Shown here in pieces: positions 25,132 to 37,819 of a stretch of DNA of 64,000 bases. Each line of letters opens with the position of its first letter. Within the stretch, counting starts at the first letter, position 1. Location: the NCBI GenBank assembly GCA_023515725.1, contig JALDTO010000288.1:62001-126000 (forward strand), in the 5' to 3' direction. The notes beneath the pieces were generated by a model that saw nothing but the letters and a program-made list of their open reading frames with translations, did not search any database and had not been told where the DNA came from. The position numbers and the translations under genes were made by a program. This DNA is from Amoeboaphelidium protococcarum X5. Lineage: Eukaryota; Fungi; Aphelidiomycota.

Positions 25132-26430
25132 TCACACTTTTACATTTCCATATCTGGATGGCATCACTCTTCTAGGTGGTTGGTATGCGATGGGGGATGT
25201 TTAGTTGTCAAAGCGACTTCCCTTCCCGTAACCATCTTGTTGAACCATTTATTCATGTTCGACAATGCGAGGTAGAGTATCATCAGCTTCAGATTCCTCA
25301 TACATTCCATCAGTGTTCAGCATCACAGGAGCGGGTGCGCGAGGTGGGGAGTAGCTTGGTCTTCCATACGGCATCTAGCCACCTAAACTTGGTCTACCAG
25401 CTGATGGTACTGGCTCTCGTGGAGCTGGATACAGAGGTTCTGGCAGTGCTGCCGACATTGCAGTGCCACTAGTGACGTCTGACATATCATCTCGAGGAGA
25501 ATCCAATCTCATCATGGATTAAGGTACGGCTCTGGAGTAGCGATCCAGAGGGACGCCGGTAATCACACCTCCATTCTGACCGGTAGGAGATGGACGACGC
25601 GGAAATGGCGACATGTCCGTAGGTGAGAATTAAGTCTACTACTGCTAGTTACCAGCAGCTGCTTGCTGGCTCATGAGTGGCCTTCCTGATCCGCTTGAAC
25701 CTTGGCTAGAGATGCTAGTCAGTCTTTCGTTGTAATTACCATTTGAACCGCTGTTTCCAGAGCTCACCAATCTATTGAAATCCCAAATTTGATCCAGAGG
25801 CAACTTGGACTTTGATTTACGCGACTTTCTACACTGCGACACCGTGATGGCAATAAGGAAAATGGCACCTACTGCAACACCAAAACCAATACCGATATTG
25901 CGGCCAAGATTAGGATCACTTGGAGGGCCATTAGACTTAGAGGTAGGAGGAGCAAAAGGAGTATTGGTTGCACTAGGAGAAGTGTCGGAAGGTGCAGATG
26001 AGGAAGGCGAGGAAGAAGGCGAGGATGGAGGCTAAGTTGGTGAAGGACTTGGCCTGTTGTTATCAGAAGAAGGAGGAGACGGCTAAGATGGAGGAGGAGA
26101 TGATGGCCTGGCAGGAGGCGGAGGATTTCTACTCGGAGGAGATGGACGTGACGGAGGTTCAGACGGTGGCGAGGATGGAGGAGAGGATGGTGGCTCCCTA
26201 CTTGGAGGTGGAGATGGAGGCTCAGGTGATGACGGCGGCTCTCTACTAGGTGGTGGAGATGGCGGGGAAGGAGCAGGCGATGGCGGAGAAGGAGCAGGTG
26301 AGTTGCCGCCGCCATTACCACCGTCTCCTTCAGATCCACCTCTTTACGCGTCCACCACATTCAAAATTACCGCCCAAATAAAGAAGACATAAAGAGCTTT
26401 TGCAAATATTCCATTTCTAAATTTCACCAT
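25132..26430 (-). CDS. Type I membrane protein with Ser/Pro-rich extracellular region (mucin/extensin-like sensor)
   Basis: Signal peptide (LYVFFIWAVILNVVDA), SPAPSPPSPPP repeats, TM IGIGFGVAVGAIFLIAITV followed by RKSRKSK; Pro-rich tail to TGA25132. Confidence 0.8.
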
Positions 26431-27594
26431 GGTAACAGCTAACTTTTCAAGCGATTATATTGAATGATATTCCAAAAATGGTGAGAAGAAATTTCCAGAG
26501 ATAGGTAAGACTTGCTGTGTTGAGTGAGTATTAATAAAAGAAGAAAATGAGCTGAAATCCAAAAATCCAGATAAGATGCACCATGGCACGACACAAATAG
26601 AAACAAGTGATCAAAAATGTAACCTCTGATTGGTTGAAACGCGCCAAGCCGCAATCAAAATCGAGCGTTCATTGTTTCAGATTCATTCATAGGCGCGTCA
26701 GGTGTTCCGGTCACTCACTCGGCAAACGTCCACATTTTGGTGGTCACCTCAAAAGTACTGCTCTTCACGTCAATTACATTCAAAGTCTGTACATCATCAC
26801 CACTCGAATTCTCTACAACATATCGATTTTATATATTTAATTAAACGACAATAAGCCAAACAGCTTGACAAAAGTTGGTGCTTACTAATTCTGCACTTTT
26901 TTAACTATTGCTCGTCACCATCTTTCATCCATCTGAATCCGAGACTGCGATACAGTTTCAAACGCAATCTACAACGTGATAAAATAAGCACATGAACGAC
27001 GTATTATAAAATTAAAACTTACTCTATTTCATCGACTTGATCCGATGACAATTTGTTCTTGACTGCCTCGATTTCTCTAACAGTTATCTCATTATCATTC
27101 AGCATTCTTTATATGCTATCATTCAATTTGGCAATTTCTCTTTCAATGGATTAACGCTTATCAGCCAGGATACTAACCTATTTTTCAAAATCTTATTCTT
27201 AAATATTAATGTTCTAGTTCCTCAGTTATGAGTACAGTTCACGGCTGGTCTGCTCCTTATAAGACACCAATTTGTTCAGTTCCTCAACCTGCAAAGCAGT
27301 CATTTATCCAAACTTCTCATGCTAGCCATTATAATGTTTCAAAAGCGACTGATCTTCGTACTGTTGAAGTTGTTCTGACAGCTACTAGATCAGGTCCAAC
27401 TACTATTACACCATAATTAATTAAAGATATCTAATCCTGTAAATTAAAAAGTTTTGTTAGATGCGTTTGGTGTTAAATTGAAAAACTATTCACTCTGAAA
27501 AGTTCTGAAACGAAACGCGTCGCCAGTTTTGCAAAAACATTAAAAATTCACATTTGAACATCCAACAAGATACAAGTAGATCAGATAGATTCAG

Positions 27595-28797
27595 ATGGTG
27601 ACTGTAGAGCTAGATGTCCCTTGTCGTGTAATTGTAAGTATGGATGACCCTTATACCCATAAGAAGATTGTGAAATCGGTTCAATCAAATGATAGACTTT
27701 CGGAATCGACTGTCCAGTACGACTCGGAAGGTTTGATCGCCAATATTGCCGATGCTGATATCTGTTGGGCAGAATATGAATAGATTCCTCACGAACTTGT
27801 GCACACTTCCGAGTGTATGGTTAATTGCTTTACCGTAAGAAAATCATTAATCAGGAAAGCCAACTTTGTGTACGCATACCAATAATGAGCCGTCAAAAAT
27901 CAGAATGCCGTGCTTACCCGCCATATACCACGGACGTTCATTTTATAAATGGATCATCCAGACTACTACAACGAGATGATGGATGACTGCTGGGAGGTTA
28001 GAAGAGATTTGGAGTAGAATAGTGATGGATCGCCTCTGTTTATCATTAAACCATCTATGGCGAATAAGGCGGCTGGAATTACTATTCTCAGTTAGGAACA
28101 AGATTTGATAGATCTCATTGAAAAGGTGTATGAGCACTCATTGTCAGAAGACGAGGAGGATGCCGATTTGCAATGTTAAGATGCTGAAGATGGTAACTTA
28201 TCGCATATTTAAGAATGGGTTATCTAGGATTATATCAGAGATCCTCTTCTCGGTCTAAATGGACAGAAAAAATTTCATTTGCGCGTATATGTTTTGGCTG
28301 TTGGGCGTTTGCAAGTGTATTTGTATAATGAATTTCTGGCCCTGTTTGCCCTGAATGAGTATAGCAATGAGCCAGTCAATGGAGATCTTAAGTCTCATAT
28401 TACAAATACGTGTGTTCAGTAAGATGATGCAGATTTTGTAGAGGAGAACCAGGTAAAGTTGTGGTCATAACTGAAGTCTTTACACTCGGAATACGCGTCC
28501 AAGTTTGACTCTGTCTCCTAATAAATCGCTGATATCACTGCAGACGTCTTTAAAGTGGTTATGAATAATCCCATCGGATTTCAGCCACATTCAAATGCCT
28601 TTGAATGGTTTGGCCTAGATTTTGTGGTGGACAGCAACTGGCACGCGTGGTATCTGGAAGCAAATGCATTTCCAGACTTTGGTCAGACGGGAAATAAACT
28701 TTCTGATACCATTTAGAGACTTGTTGACTCTACTTTTGATATTCTATTAAAACAGGAGACTGATAAAGACAGTATGAAATTAATCTATTAGATTTGA
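27595..28797 (+). CDS. Tubulin-tyrosine-ligase-like ATP-grasp protein (Pby1-like TTL domain)
   Basis: WAEYE, RKSLIRK, IIKPSMANKAAGI, WVIQDYI..P, KFHLRVYVL, HITNTC, FEWFGLDFVVD, LEANAFPDF. Confidence 0.88.
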
Positions 28798-29225
28798 ACA
28801 ATAAAAGCACTTGAGTATCCTATTCATTTCTAATCTTGATTTCGTTATAAATGTTGGTCTATATATTGATTACCAGAATTCGTGGATGCACGTACTTTTT
28901 ACCTAGAATTGACTTTAATATTACCACCGTTATCCAACAAGTGAGCATCACTCACTGGCACAGCATTCTCAGTCTATGAAGATACGGGGAAGTTAAATGA
29001 AGCGCCAGCAATTTTAGGAGACAATTCCTTATCCAGTAGGTGACTATCAACAGGCTTGCTTTATATCTATTAACATTCCTGTTACTAATTCGTGTACAGT
29101 TGGGGTAACTACCGCTCAACGCCGCGTTAATTCCGCTGAGATTTCCGTTGATCGTTCATGCTCTCACAAGAATAACTCTTTAGCTTTAGTTCATCTCCTT
29201 CGGCTCTGTAGAAGAAAGCAGGCAG

Positions 29226-29236
29226 ACGCGACGCGT
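29226..29236. promoter_or_regulatory. Tandem ACGCG/ACGCGT (MCB-like) motif upstream of SMC4
   Basis: acgcgacgcgt about 120 nt upstream of the ATG of a cell-cycle gene; the motif is short and also occurs elsewhere. Confidence 0.3.
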
Positions 29237-29356
29237 TGAACTTTTCTGTTTCAGCGCCGTTTCAGCGTTGCACTTGCCTTCAATCCTTTGACTTTATTCA
29301 CTTTATTATTTGCATATTAGGCACTGCTGCCATTCTAGGGATTAATAACTTTCATT

Positions 29357-32300
29357 ATGACAGCCGATGACTAGCAGAATTAAGGGGAGAATCAGCCTTA
29401 TTAAAGGCTTATCATTAAAAAGATGGTGCTTGAGAACTTTAAATCCTATAAAGGGAGAATCGAGATTGGTCCTTTTCACAAGTCATTCACATCCATAGTT
29501 GGTCCCAATGGAAGGTGAGATTGTACTATATTTTCAAATCTAATGCATTTGAGTCATCTATTCTAATTAATTTATGTAGTGGAAAGTCTAATGTTATTGA
29601 TGCTATGCTCTTTGTCTTTGGATTTAAAGCCAAGAAGATGAGACAGGAGAAGTTGTCTGGACTTATTCACTCATCGGATGCGACTGAGGGTGTCCTAGAT
29701 TATTGCTCTGTTGAAGTTCATTTTCACGAGATTACAGACTATCCTCAAACAGATAGATTTGATGTTGTGCCAGATACTGACCTTGTAATTGCAAGAACTG
29801 CCACGCGCTCTAACACTAGCAAGTACACTATTAATGGCAAGACGAGTTCTTACACTGAGGTTACTGCACTATTACGCGAGCGTGGTATTGATTTGGACCA
29901 TAAGCGATTTCTCATCTTACAAGGTGAAGTTGAATCTATCTCTCAAATGAAGCCTAAAGCTCAGAGTGAACATGAAGATGGTCTGCTGGAGTACTTGGAA
30001 GATATAATTGGTACAAGTCGCTATAACTAGCCTATCAAGGACGCACAGTTGAAGTTGGATGAAATGGAAGAGGCTAGAGCTGAGAAGTTGAACAAAGTTA
30101 GAATCAGTGAAGGCGAAGTCAAAGGCTTGGAAGGACAGAAGAATGAGGCTGAAGATTATCTGTAGGGAGAGAACGAGCTTGTTCGCATAAAGAATCAGGT
30201 GCTGTAGCTGTGGATCTACAAAGCTCAAGTGGAATTGGAGCGGGCATAGACAGAGACTGCTGAGATTCGCCAGAAAATGACAGAGATTGATAATTAGATG
30301 AAGGGTGCTTAGATTGAGGTCAAGTCTATTGGTAAGTAGTTTGATGGTCAGAGTAAAGAATACACCGCCTTGCAGTCCAAGATTGCATAATCCAACAACC
30401 AACTCGCTGCTTTTGAGAAGGATTATATTCAGATGGAAGAGAAGAAGCGCCATCTGAAGAACAAGAAGAAGAAATTGGAAAAGTCTATTGAGAAGGACAA
30501 TCATTCCAAGTCTGAGTGTGAGATTTGGCTTGGTAATCATGACAGTGATGTTGAGAAGAAGACTCTTGAGTTGGAGCAGTTGCAACAGAACCTGAACAAA
30601 GCTACTGAGGAACTTGATAAAATTCGTAATTCTTTGAAAGGTAAGACTGAGAAGTTTTAGCTGGCGCTGGACAAGAAGAAGGCCGAGTTAACTCCTTGGA
30701 ATGATCAGCTGAATGAGAAGCGCTCTGAGATTAAGCTTTTGGAATCACAGCTCCGTCTATTAGAGGAGAAGAGTGGTGAGGGGGAGAGGAGTAAAGATCA
30801 GTTGTAAAATGAACTCGATTAGAAGATGGCGGAAATTGATCAGAAGAAGCAAGATTTATTGATGCAGGAGCAGAGACTGGCGAATGATTCTCAGAAGCAA
30901 AAAGAGTTGCTGTCTTAGTTATCCAAGTTGTAGTAAAATGAGGAGAAGATCCGTGCATCATACGTCGACTGTTCACAGAGTGTAGAGAATGCTAAAGCTA
31001 GTATGCAAGCCGCTGCCAGTCGTGATTTATTGATGAAGACTTTGCTTGATGAGCGTGACAGTGGCCGACTGCCAGGTATTTTTGGTCGTCTCGGTGAGTT
31101 GGGAACTATTGATAAGAAGTATGATGTGTCGATTAGCTCAGCCTATATGGATAAGCTCAAGTGGATTGTCGTGGATAAAGTCTCAACTGCCGAGCGTTGT
31201 GTTAAGCTGTTAAAGTAGCGCAATGCAGGACGTGCTTCATTCATAGTTATTGAGAGAACCGACCAGTTCAAAGAGCGTCTTGACACTCCTGAAAATGTCC
31301 CTCGTCTCATTGACTTGATCAAAACCAAAGACAAGAATTTCAAAAGAGCATTCTACTATGTTGTCCGTGATACTCTAGTGGCTGATGACTTAGATCAGGC
31401 GAATAGAGTAGCATTTGGTAAAACTCGTTGGAAAGTGGTCACTCTGGACGGTAAGGTTATCGATCGTGCCGGTACCATGAGCGGTGGTGGAAATCGTATT
31501 CTGCGTGGAGGAATGAGTAGTAAAGTGGTTGAAGAAGTCAAACCTGAGGAGCTGACTAAGCTGGAGAAGGTCAAACGGTCCACCGATGAAGAGCTGAGAC
31601 TTTGCATAAATGAGATTCAGGATTGTGAACTGGAATTGGACTAGTTGAAGGTGTCGCTGCCTCAGACTCAGGACAGAATCTAAATGCTACAGGGGGATAT
31701 CGCTGCTGCTGAGAAGCTGATCTTATCGATTGAGTAGTCTTTACAAGAGCTGAGTGGGAAGCGTGAGAGTCAGGTGGACTTTAGTCAGGAGATTGCTGCT
31801 TTGGAAAAGAAACTAGTCAAGTGTCAGAAAGAGGAATCCGCACTAGAGTAAAAGGCTGAGGTGATTTAGAACCAAATCGCCGAGATTCAGTAAAGCATTA
31901 TGGATGTTGGTGGAGATGAATTGCGTCGTTAAAATCTGAGAGTCAAAGATATCGAGGACTAGATCAAGTCTTGCGAAGAGGCCATTGCACGTTCAGCTAA
32001 CTAGAAAAAGACCTCGGAGAAGAATTTATAAAAGTTATTAAAGAGTATTGACAAGCTGACGGGTGAACTTAATGATATTGACGCTGAACTGGCAGACATT
32101 GACACCAGTGTCAAGATTAAGATGGAGGAAGCTAATGATTTGCAGAAGAATTGTGAGGAGTTTAAAATTGAGCTTTAGTAATTAAAAGGCGTAATGGACC
32201 AGTCCAAGCAGTAATTGGACGAGCAGAATGATTCTTTGGCAAAGTTAAAGGCTTCAAAAGTTGATATCGATAATAATCTTGGCCTCTGGTCTAAAGCAGT

Positions 32301-33090
32301 GCAAGACAATCAGAAGAGAATATAGCAGTGGTAGGATTAGTTGAAGAATCTCAAGCTGACCAAGTTGAACAGTGAGATGTCTATGGTGCTGCCGGTATTC
32401 GATCAGGATGCTTTGGATGGAACAGCTGTTTAACCGCTGGAACGCGAGTTGGCCATATTGCAGGAGCGTCTCTCTGAAATGAAGCCCAACTTGACAGTGC
32501 TGGAAGAGTATCGTGAAAGAAACAATGCTTACATATAGCGAATCAAAGAACTGGAAGGGTCGACTGCTGAGAGAGACAAGGCAAAGTTGGAATTTGATTC
32601 TCTGAGAAAGAGGCGTCTGGAAGAGTTTATGGATGGATTCAGCAAGATCAGTTTGAAATTGAAAGAAATGTACCAAATGATTACGTTGGGAGGTAACGCA
32701 GAGCTGGAGCTAGTAGATAGTTTGGATCCATTCAGTGAAGGTATCCTGTTCTCTGTCATGCCTCCGAAGAAGAGCTGGAAGAATATATCAAACTTGTCCG
32801 GTGGTGAGAAGACGTTAAGCTCTCTGGCTCTGGTATTTGCGCTTCATCATTTCAAGCCGACTCCTCTGTACGTTATGGATGAGATTGACGCCGCTTTGGA
32901 CTTCAGAAATGTGTCCATCATCGCTAATTACATCAAGGAGAGGACCAAGAATGCATAGTTTGTCATCATATCACTGAGAAATAATATGTTTGAGTTGGCT
33001 GATCGCTTGGTTGGTATTTACAAGACTAACAATTGCACCAAGACTGTGGCTATCAATCCAAACGCGGTGGATGTAGCCGTCAAAGAATGA
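29357..33090 (+). CDS. SMC4: Condensin subunit SMC4 (intron 29515-29579)
   Basis: [22 protein letters not shown]|SGKSN restored by splicing, FLILQGEVE, hinge [34 protein letters not shown](TAG=Q)FVIISLR. Confidence 0.97.
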
Positions 33091-33654
33091 AAAAGTTAGG
33101 CGGTAATTGATGTAATATAGTTGTGGTAAATATCTGTAAAATGTTGTGATTATATTAAAACTTTACGACAATGCGCGTACTCAGATATCATTTCTCATCA
33201 CAATTCTATATTTTACTATGAAAGGGATAACTGATAAAAATGATTATCATCATAGGAACGCGATTAGAATAGCTGTCACTGAGAACCTGATACAATATTC
33301 ATAACAGATTCTCTGCGCTGTAATTTATTAAGAGTTCAGTGACATAGGTATACGCTTCATCCTTGGTTAAAAAGAAGAGATCCGTACTGCGGTCGACCTT
33401 TAACAAATTTTCTCGCTTTTTCCAGAGAGAGGCTTTGACCGAAAGGGAAGAGGAATTCTCTCTTCGTTTAGCGCAATTACAATAAAAGTCGCGTGATCGG
33501 AAATCGGCGACCGTCCCTTTGACCGTTTTAAGCGATTGAATCACCGGCGCTACTCTGACGACAGGTCGTTTCTTGACTTGTTTGAACTGTGGTTGAAATT
33601 CAAACAATCATCGCACGGCAGATCTGCAAGTCCTGGACATTGTCTAATCACTGA

Positions 33655-35100
33655 ATGATGCTCTCTCAGCCGCAGCCTCATAGCTAGCCGAGAAATGCCA
33701 TGTTTCCCCACAAAAAGTTGAATAATCGCATGAAAGAGAAAGGGCGACGAGCGTCAATATCCACAGTCTCTGAGTTTGGCGGCGGCGGTGGTGGCTTCAA
33801 GTTGTCCTCTCATAATGGCCACAGTGCTGCGTATTCCTCAACAGATCTTAAGTCGGTACCTTGCAAGTTCTTCAAGAGCGGAAAGTGTCAGGCCGGTGAG
33901 TAATGTCCGTTTTCACATTCGCTAGACAATTGGACCACTGTGGATGGTGTGTGCCCATTCTACCTTAAAGGAACTTGCAAGTTTGGAGATAAATGCTCTC
34001 TACCTCATCATCTTCCATCCAGTCCAAAGACCTCTGTACCAATCCTACCATCCCCTTAATCGTGTAGAGATCCGTCCGCGCCTATCGAGATCCGTAAGAA
34101 GAGCCTGCCTGATATATTCAGATGGAGTAGCGAGTAGTGCTCAGCTCAGAGTGGATCAATCTCACCCAGTTCTCTCTTCTACTCCACCGCTGTCAGGGAT
34201 CCTTGGTTTATTACGAATATGAATACCAACAGTCCCACTAGGATGTCAAGATTAAGTTTTGCAGAGGGAAAGCCGCGTTCATTATCTCAGCTACGCGAAT
34301 CTAATACTTGTATGGATTAGAATGATGAAGACGGCGGCGCTGGTCTTAGTGAGTCTGATGATTTAACTACAAGTTAGACGTAGTTTTAATAACAATAGTT
34401 CAGCATGGATGAGTCGTTTAGTATGCTGTCGATCCATAGCGCGAATAATATGAATGTTCAGTCGGTTGAAAGATCTAATAAGCTTTGTCCGTTCCAACTG
34501 CACTCTTAATGTAAATTCGGTTCGTAGTGCAAATATATTCATGGCTGGAAGTGTGAGCTTTGTAACAAGAACTGTCTTCATCCAACTGATTTCAATGAGC
34601 GGCGTAAGCACATTGTAGAATGCACCAAGAGAGTTCGAGCAGAGAAGGCTCAGATGCAGCTTAACCAGCAGATTGTGTGCTAGTTGTGTGGCGAGAAGAT
34701 TTGGCCTGATAAAAAGTTTGCCATTATGATGTGTGAACATGCATTTTGTATTCCGTGCATTAGAAGTCATCGCGCGATACTACTGCAAGAGGGAGCATCT
34801 GTGCCAGCTATTCAGCAGTGTCCTTTGAGTGATAGTTGTGATGTACTGACTCCGTTTGTTACCCCCAGTGTGGACTGGATCGAGTCAAAGGAGGATCGAG
34901 CTATTGTTATTGAGCAATACCGCGCCAAGATTGCCGGTATTCCGTGCAAGTATTGGAATTTTGGAGAAGATGTATGTCCATTTGGTAAAGATTGTTATTA
35001 CTCTCATTTTGGGTCTTCGCTGGCGAATCGAAGTTCTTCTTAGCTCCCCTTATACGATCAGGTGAGTGTGAAATAGGTACTAGATGCTGGATTGTTATGA
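33655..35100 (+). CDS. Makorin-like CCCH zinc finger / RING E3 ligase
   Basis: CCCH fingers (PCKFFKSGKCQAGEQCPFSH; CPFYLKGTCKFGDKCSLPH), RING (CQLC..CEHAFCIPCI..CPL), terminal CKYWNFGEDVCPFGKDCYYSH; 3' end may be spliced. Confidence 0.85.
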
Positions 35101-35251
35101 TTGTCTGAAAAGTATTGGTGGCTCTAGTCGCATCTAAGTATGATCTAAAATAATGAATGAAATTGAAATGAATAAAATTGTAACAATTATGTCTCAAACT
35201 GTCGTTATAGAACAGATTTCATCAATACTTATTGACTAGATATTACATTTA

Positions 35252-36775
35252 TCAAGCAACTAGAGGAGTCTGCAGTAGATTCTTAACAGTTTCGATGCAG
35301 AGTTCCAGTGAGGAGCTCTTGGTAGATAAACTTTCGAGTTGGGAAAGCAATTTGATACAAAAAGAATCCTTGGCTTCTGTCAACTCTTCAATAGCTCGAC
35401 TCTAATCCATCATGGACATCCAAGCTAACGGCGATCCACCTGCTGCATCTGCTGTAAGATGGCATTTGATTAGCATTTTGACGCAGAGACAATACATTGT
35501 GATAGAATGAAGCTGTGTTGGAGACACCTTGCCATCAACTGGCTTTAATTCCAGCATCAGCCAATAGTGCTTCAGTTATCCGAATAGATCATTACTATTA
35601 CCAGCAGGAAGTGAAGTTATTTAAATCTTTTTAGGATGCGCAAAAAGGAGCGTATAACGATGGATAATTTTATTTAGAATTAGAGTTTTGAGCAGAGTCA
35701 TCTCCACAGGGAACATGGCAAGGAACATTACAGCATCGTCCCCGCCATGGGCCAATATAGTAGATAAAGAGCGTACTAACAAGGGCATGTTATACTTTCC
35801 ATCAAATGCCAGAGCTGCGAACGGCTGAATTACAGATAGAGCTATATCTTATCTATTCATTACCAAAAGTCGAGTGATTATACCGTTTAAGGCTGAACTA
35901 TATGCCAATGCGATAAGCTCTCCAATAAGTGCTGCATTGCCATCATTGTCATCATTAAACTGATTCAAGCCACACACGTATGCATAAAATGTATCAAAGA
36001 TTATAGAGAGCAACTATAATGCGCGGTCATCTTGAAGGTTAGAGTCATCTTACATAAGATATTCCATGAATGGGCCTAATTTATCAGGTAATAAGTCCAT
36101 TTGATTCAATTTAGATTTCCCATTAGTCGTGTATTCAGCGCCATACCTATCTTCACCATAATCATCGTCATCGTTAACGATACCAAAATCTTCAGGCTAT
36201 AAGCGTAAGGACCACATGGCAGAGAAAGCTTTTATACCACAAGTTTGAGCCAGCAACTTCAGAACAGAAAGTGTACGCGCCACCAGTCTGGTCTCTATTC
36301 TACCGTTTAAATAATCAACTGCAATCCTTCTTATCCAGCGTATACTAGGAACATAATTGACGGCCACTTGGATGCCACTAACGGTATTATTCTGTTCTAT
36401 GAGTTGTGCCTGATTTCTGAGCAAAAGTTCTTACACAGCCAGCGCATTCTCGTACTAATCCTCATCCGCGTACTGCCAAAGACTATGAGACAGCATTTCA
36501 GGGTAGCTTTTGACAGAAGGCAGGCTCAATCTAACAGCACTACCAAACATACTGAGTCTCATGTAGAAAGAACTGATCATATACTAAGCATTGGGCACTT
36601 TCACTAGAAACTACTAGACTGGCATTGACTGCAGCTGCTCATTACCACAACCAGGCACCCCGAAAACTACCACATTACTCGTATCTTACTCAGCTTAAAT
36701 AGACTTGTCCTTCACAATGGCGTGCTCTCCAATCCTAAGAATGTAACAGCCCTATCTCAACTACTGATTATGCAT
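35252..36775 (-). CDS. Hypothetical helical protein (about 507 aa)
   Basis: Open frame ATG36775 to TGA35252 with TAR=Gln; no motif recognised. Confidence 0.6.
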
Positions 36776-36971
36776 ATTCAAATACCTGACCGTAATGATA
36801 CACTGAGTTTATAAGAGAGAATTGTATGGAGCAAAGGTAAAGAGAAGTTCAAGAGACAAAGCGCTTCGAATCTGAAACAAAAATTAAACTTATCAACGAC
36901 GCTCTTCAGCTGAAACGGGCAAGAGGCAATTTCAAAACTGAATAAACCATTTAACACACGCTGTTCATTTT

Positions 36972-37479
36972 TCACTATTCCGACCGTCTTGCTTACTTGC
37001 TGCCTAGTATTTGGGATTTGGTCTTGTATGATTTGAGTTCCAGCTCTGTATTTACGAGATCAAGCTTTGTCGTACTCAGCTACACATTATCTCACTCATT
37101 TCTTTATCATAATGATGTAGATGATATTCTTAAATCAAATCAGAATTAATCTTACCATGTCTATCAATAACTCCAGTTTAAACTTCAGAAGCTAATTCTC
37201 CTTCTGTAAATTCGTGTTTTCTTTACGCAATTGAGTGATGCTACCGGATGGCTTTCCTTGATCTTCCTCAGCACCGTCCAGTTGCCACATGTGATTCAGA
37301 AACACTAATTCATGTCCATCCAAGTTCATGATAATTGGGGCGTCAGCATCGGCAAATCTATTGAATTTAATTCCTTTTGCACCGGAATTCTTCCCACTTG
37401 GACTAAGTGTAAATTTGTTTGATGTTGACAGCTGCTTCGAATGCTTTCGAATTGTCTCCCATGCTGCTTGTGAGTTCAT
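36972..37479 (-). CDS. CBY1: Chibby-family basal body protein (intron 37080-37155)
   Basis: MNLDGHELVFLNHMW...LRKENTNLQKENQLLKFKLELLIDM|LSTTK matches the Chibby pattern. Confidence 0.75.
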
Positions 37480-37819
37480 ATTATAATAGTTTCAAAACTT
37501 TTTGTAAAGACTTAGCTGAGAACTAATTTTCTGAAAACGTTCAGTCACATTTAGTAAGATAAGGTACCGACTCGCAGCTGTGTGGATAATTTAACTCGTT
37601 GCTATGGTGATTGAATTGTCGCTTCCAATATACTGTATGCACTTCATCAAATCTAAACATCACTCTAACACTGCCGAAAGCGGGTGGAAGAAAGGTTCTT
37701 TATTAGTTTCAACCTCATCGCGCTTGCTCGTGTGAGTCTGTCTCTCTCTCTAAACCTGAAGGCTCATTGTTTTCCGTTGTTACAGAATATTTTCAATTTG
37801 ACTTTGATCTTCTAGCACC

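Noticed and set aside
27228-27416. Short ORF upstream of the TTL gene
   Set aside because: Different frame from TTL and no recognisable motif; cannot be supported
29917-30585. 222-aa minus-strand ORF (and similar antisense ORFs at 32254, 34363, 51638, 52160)
   Set aside because: Antisense shadows of SMC4, makorin and PDI coding sequence
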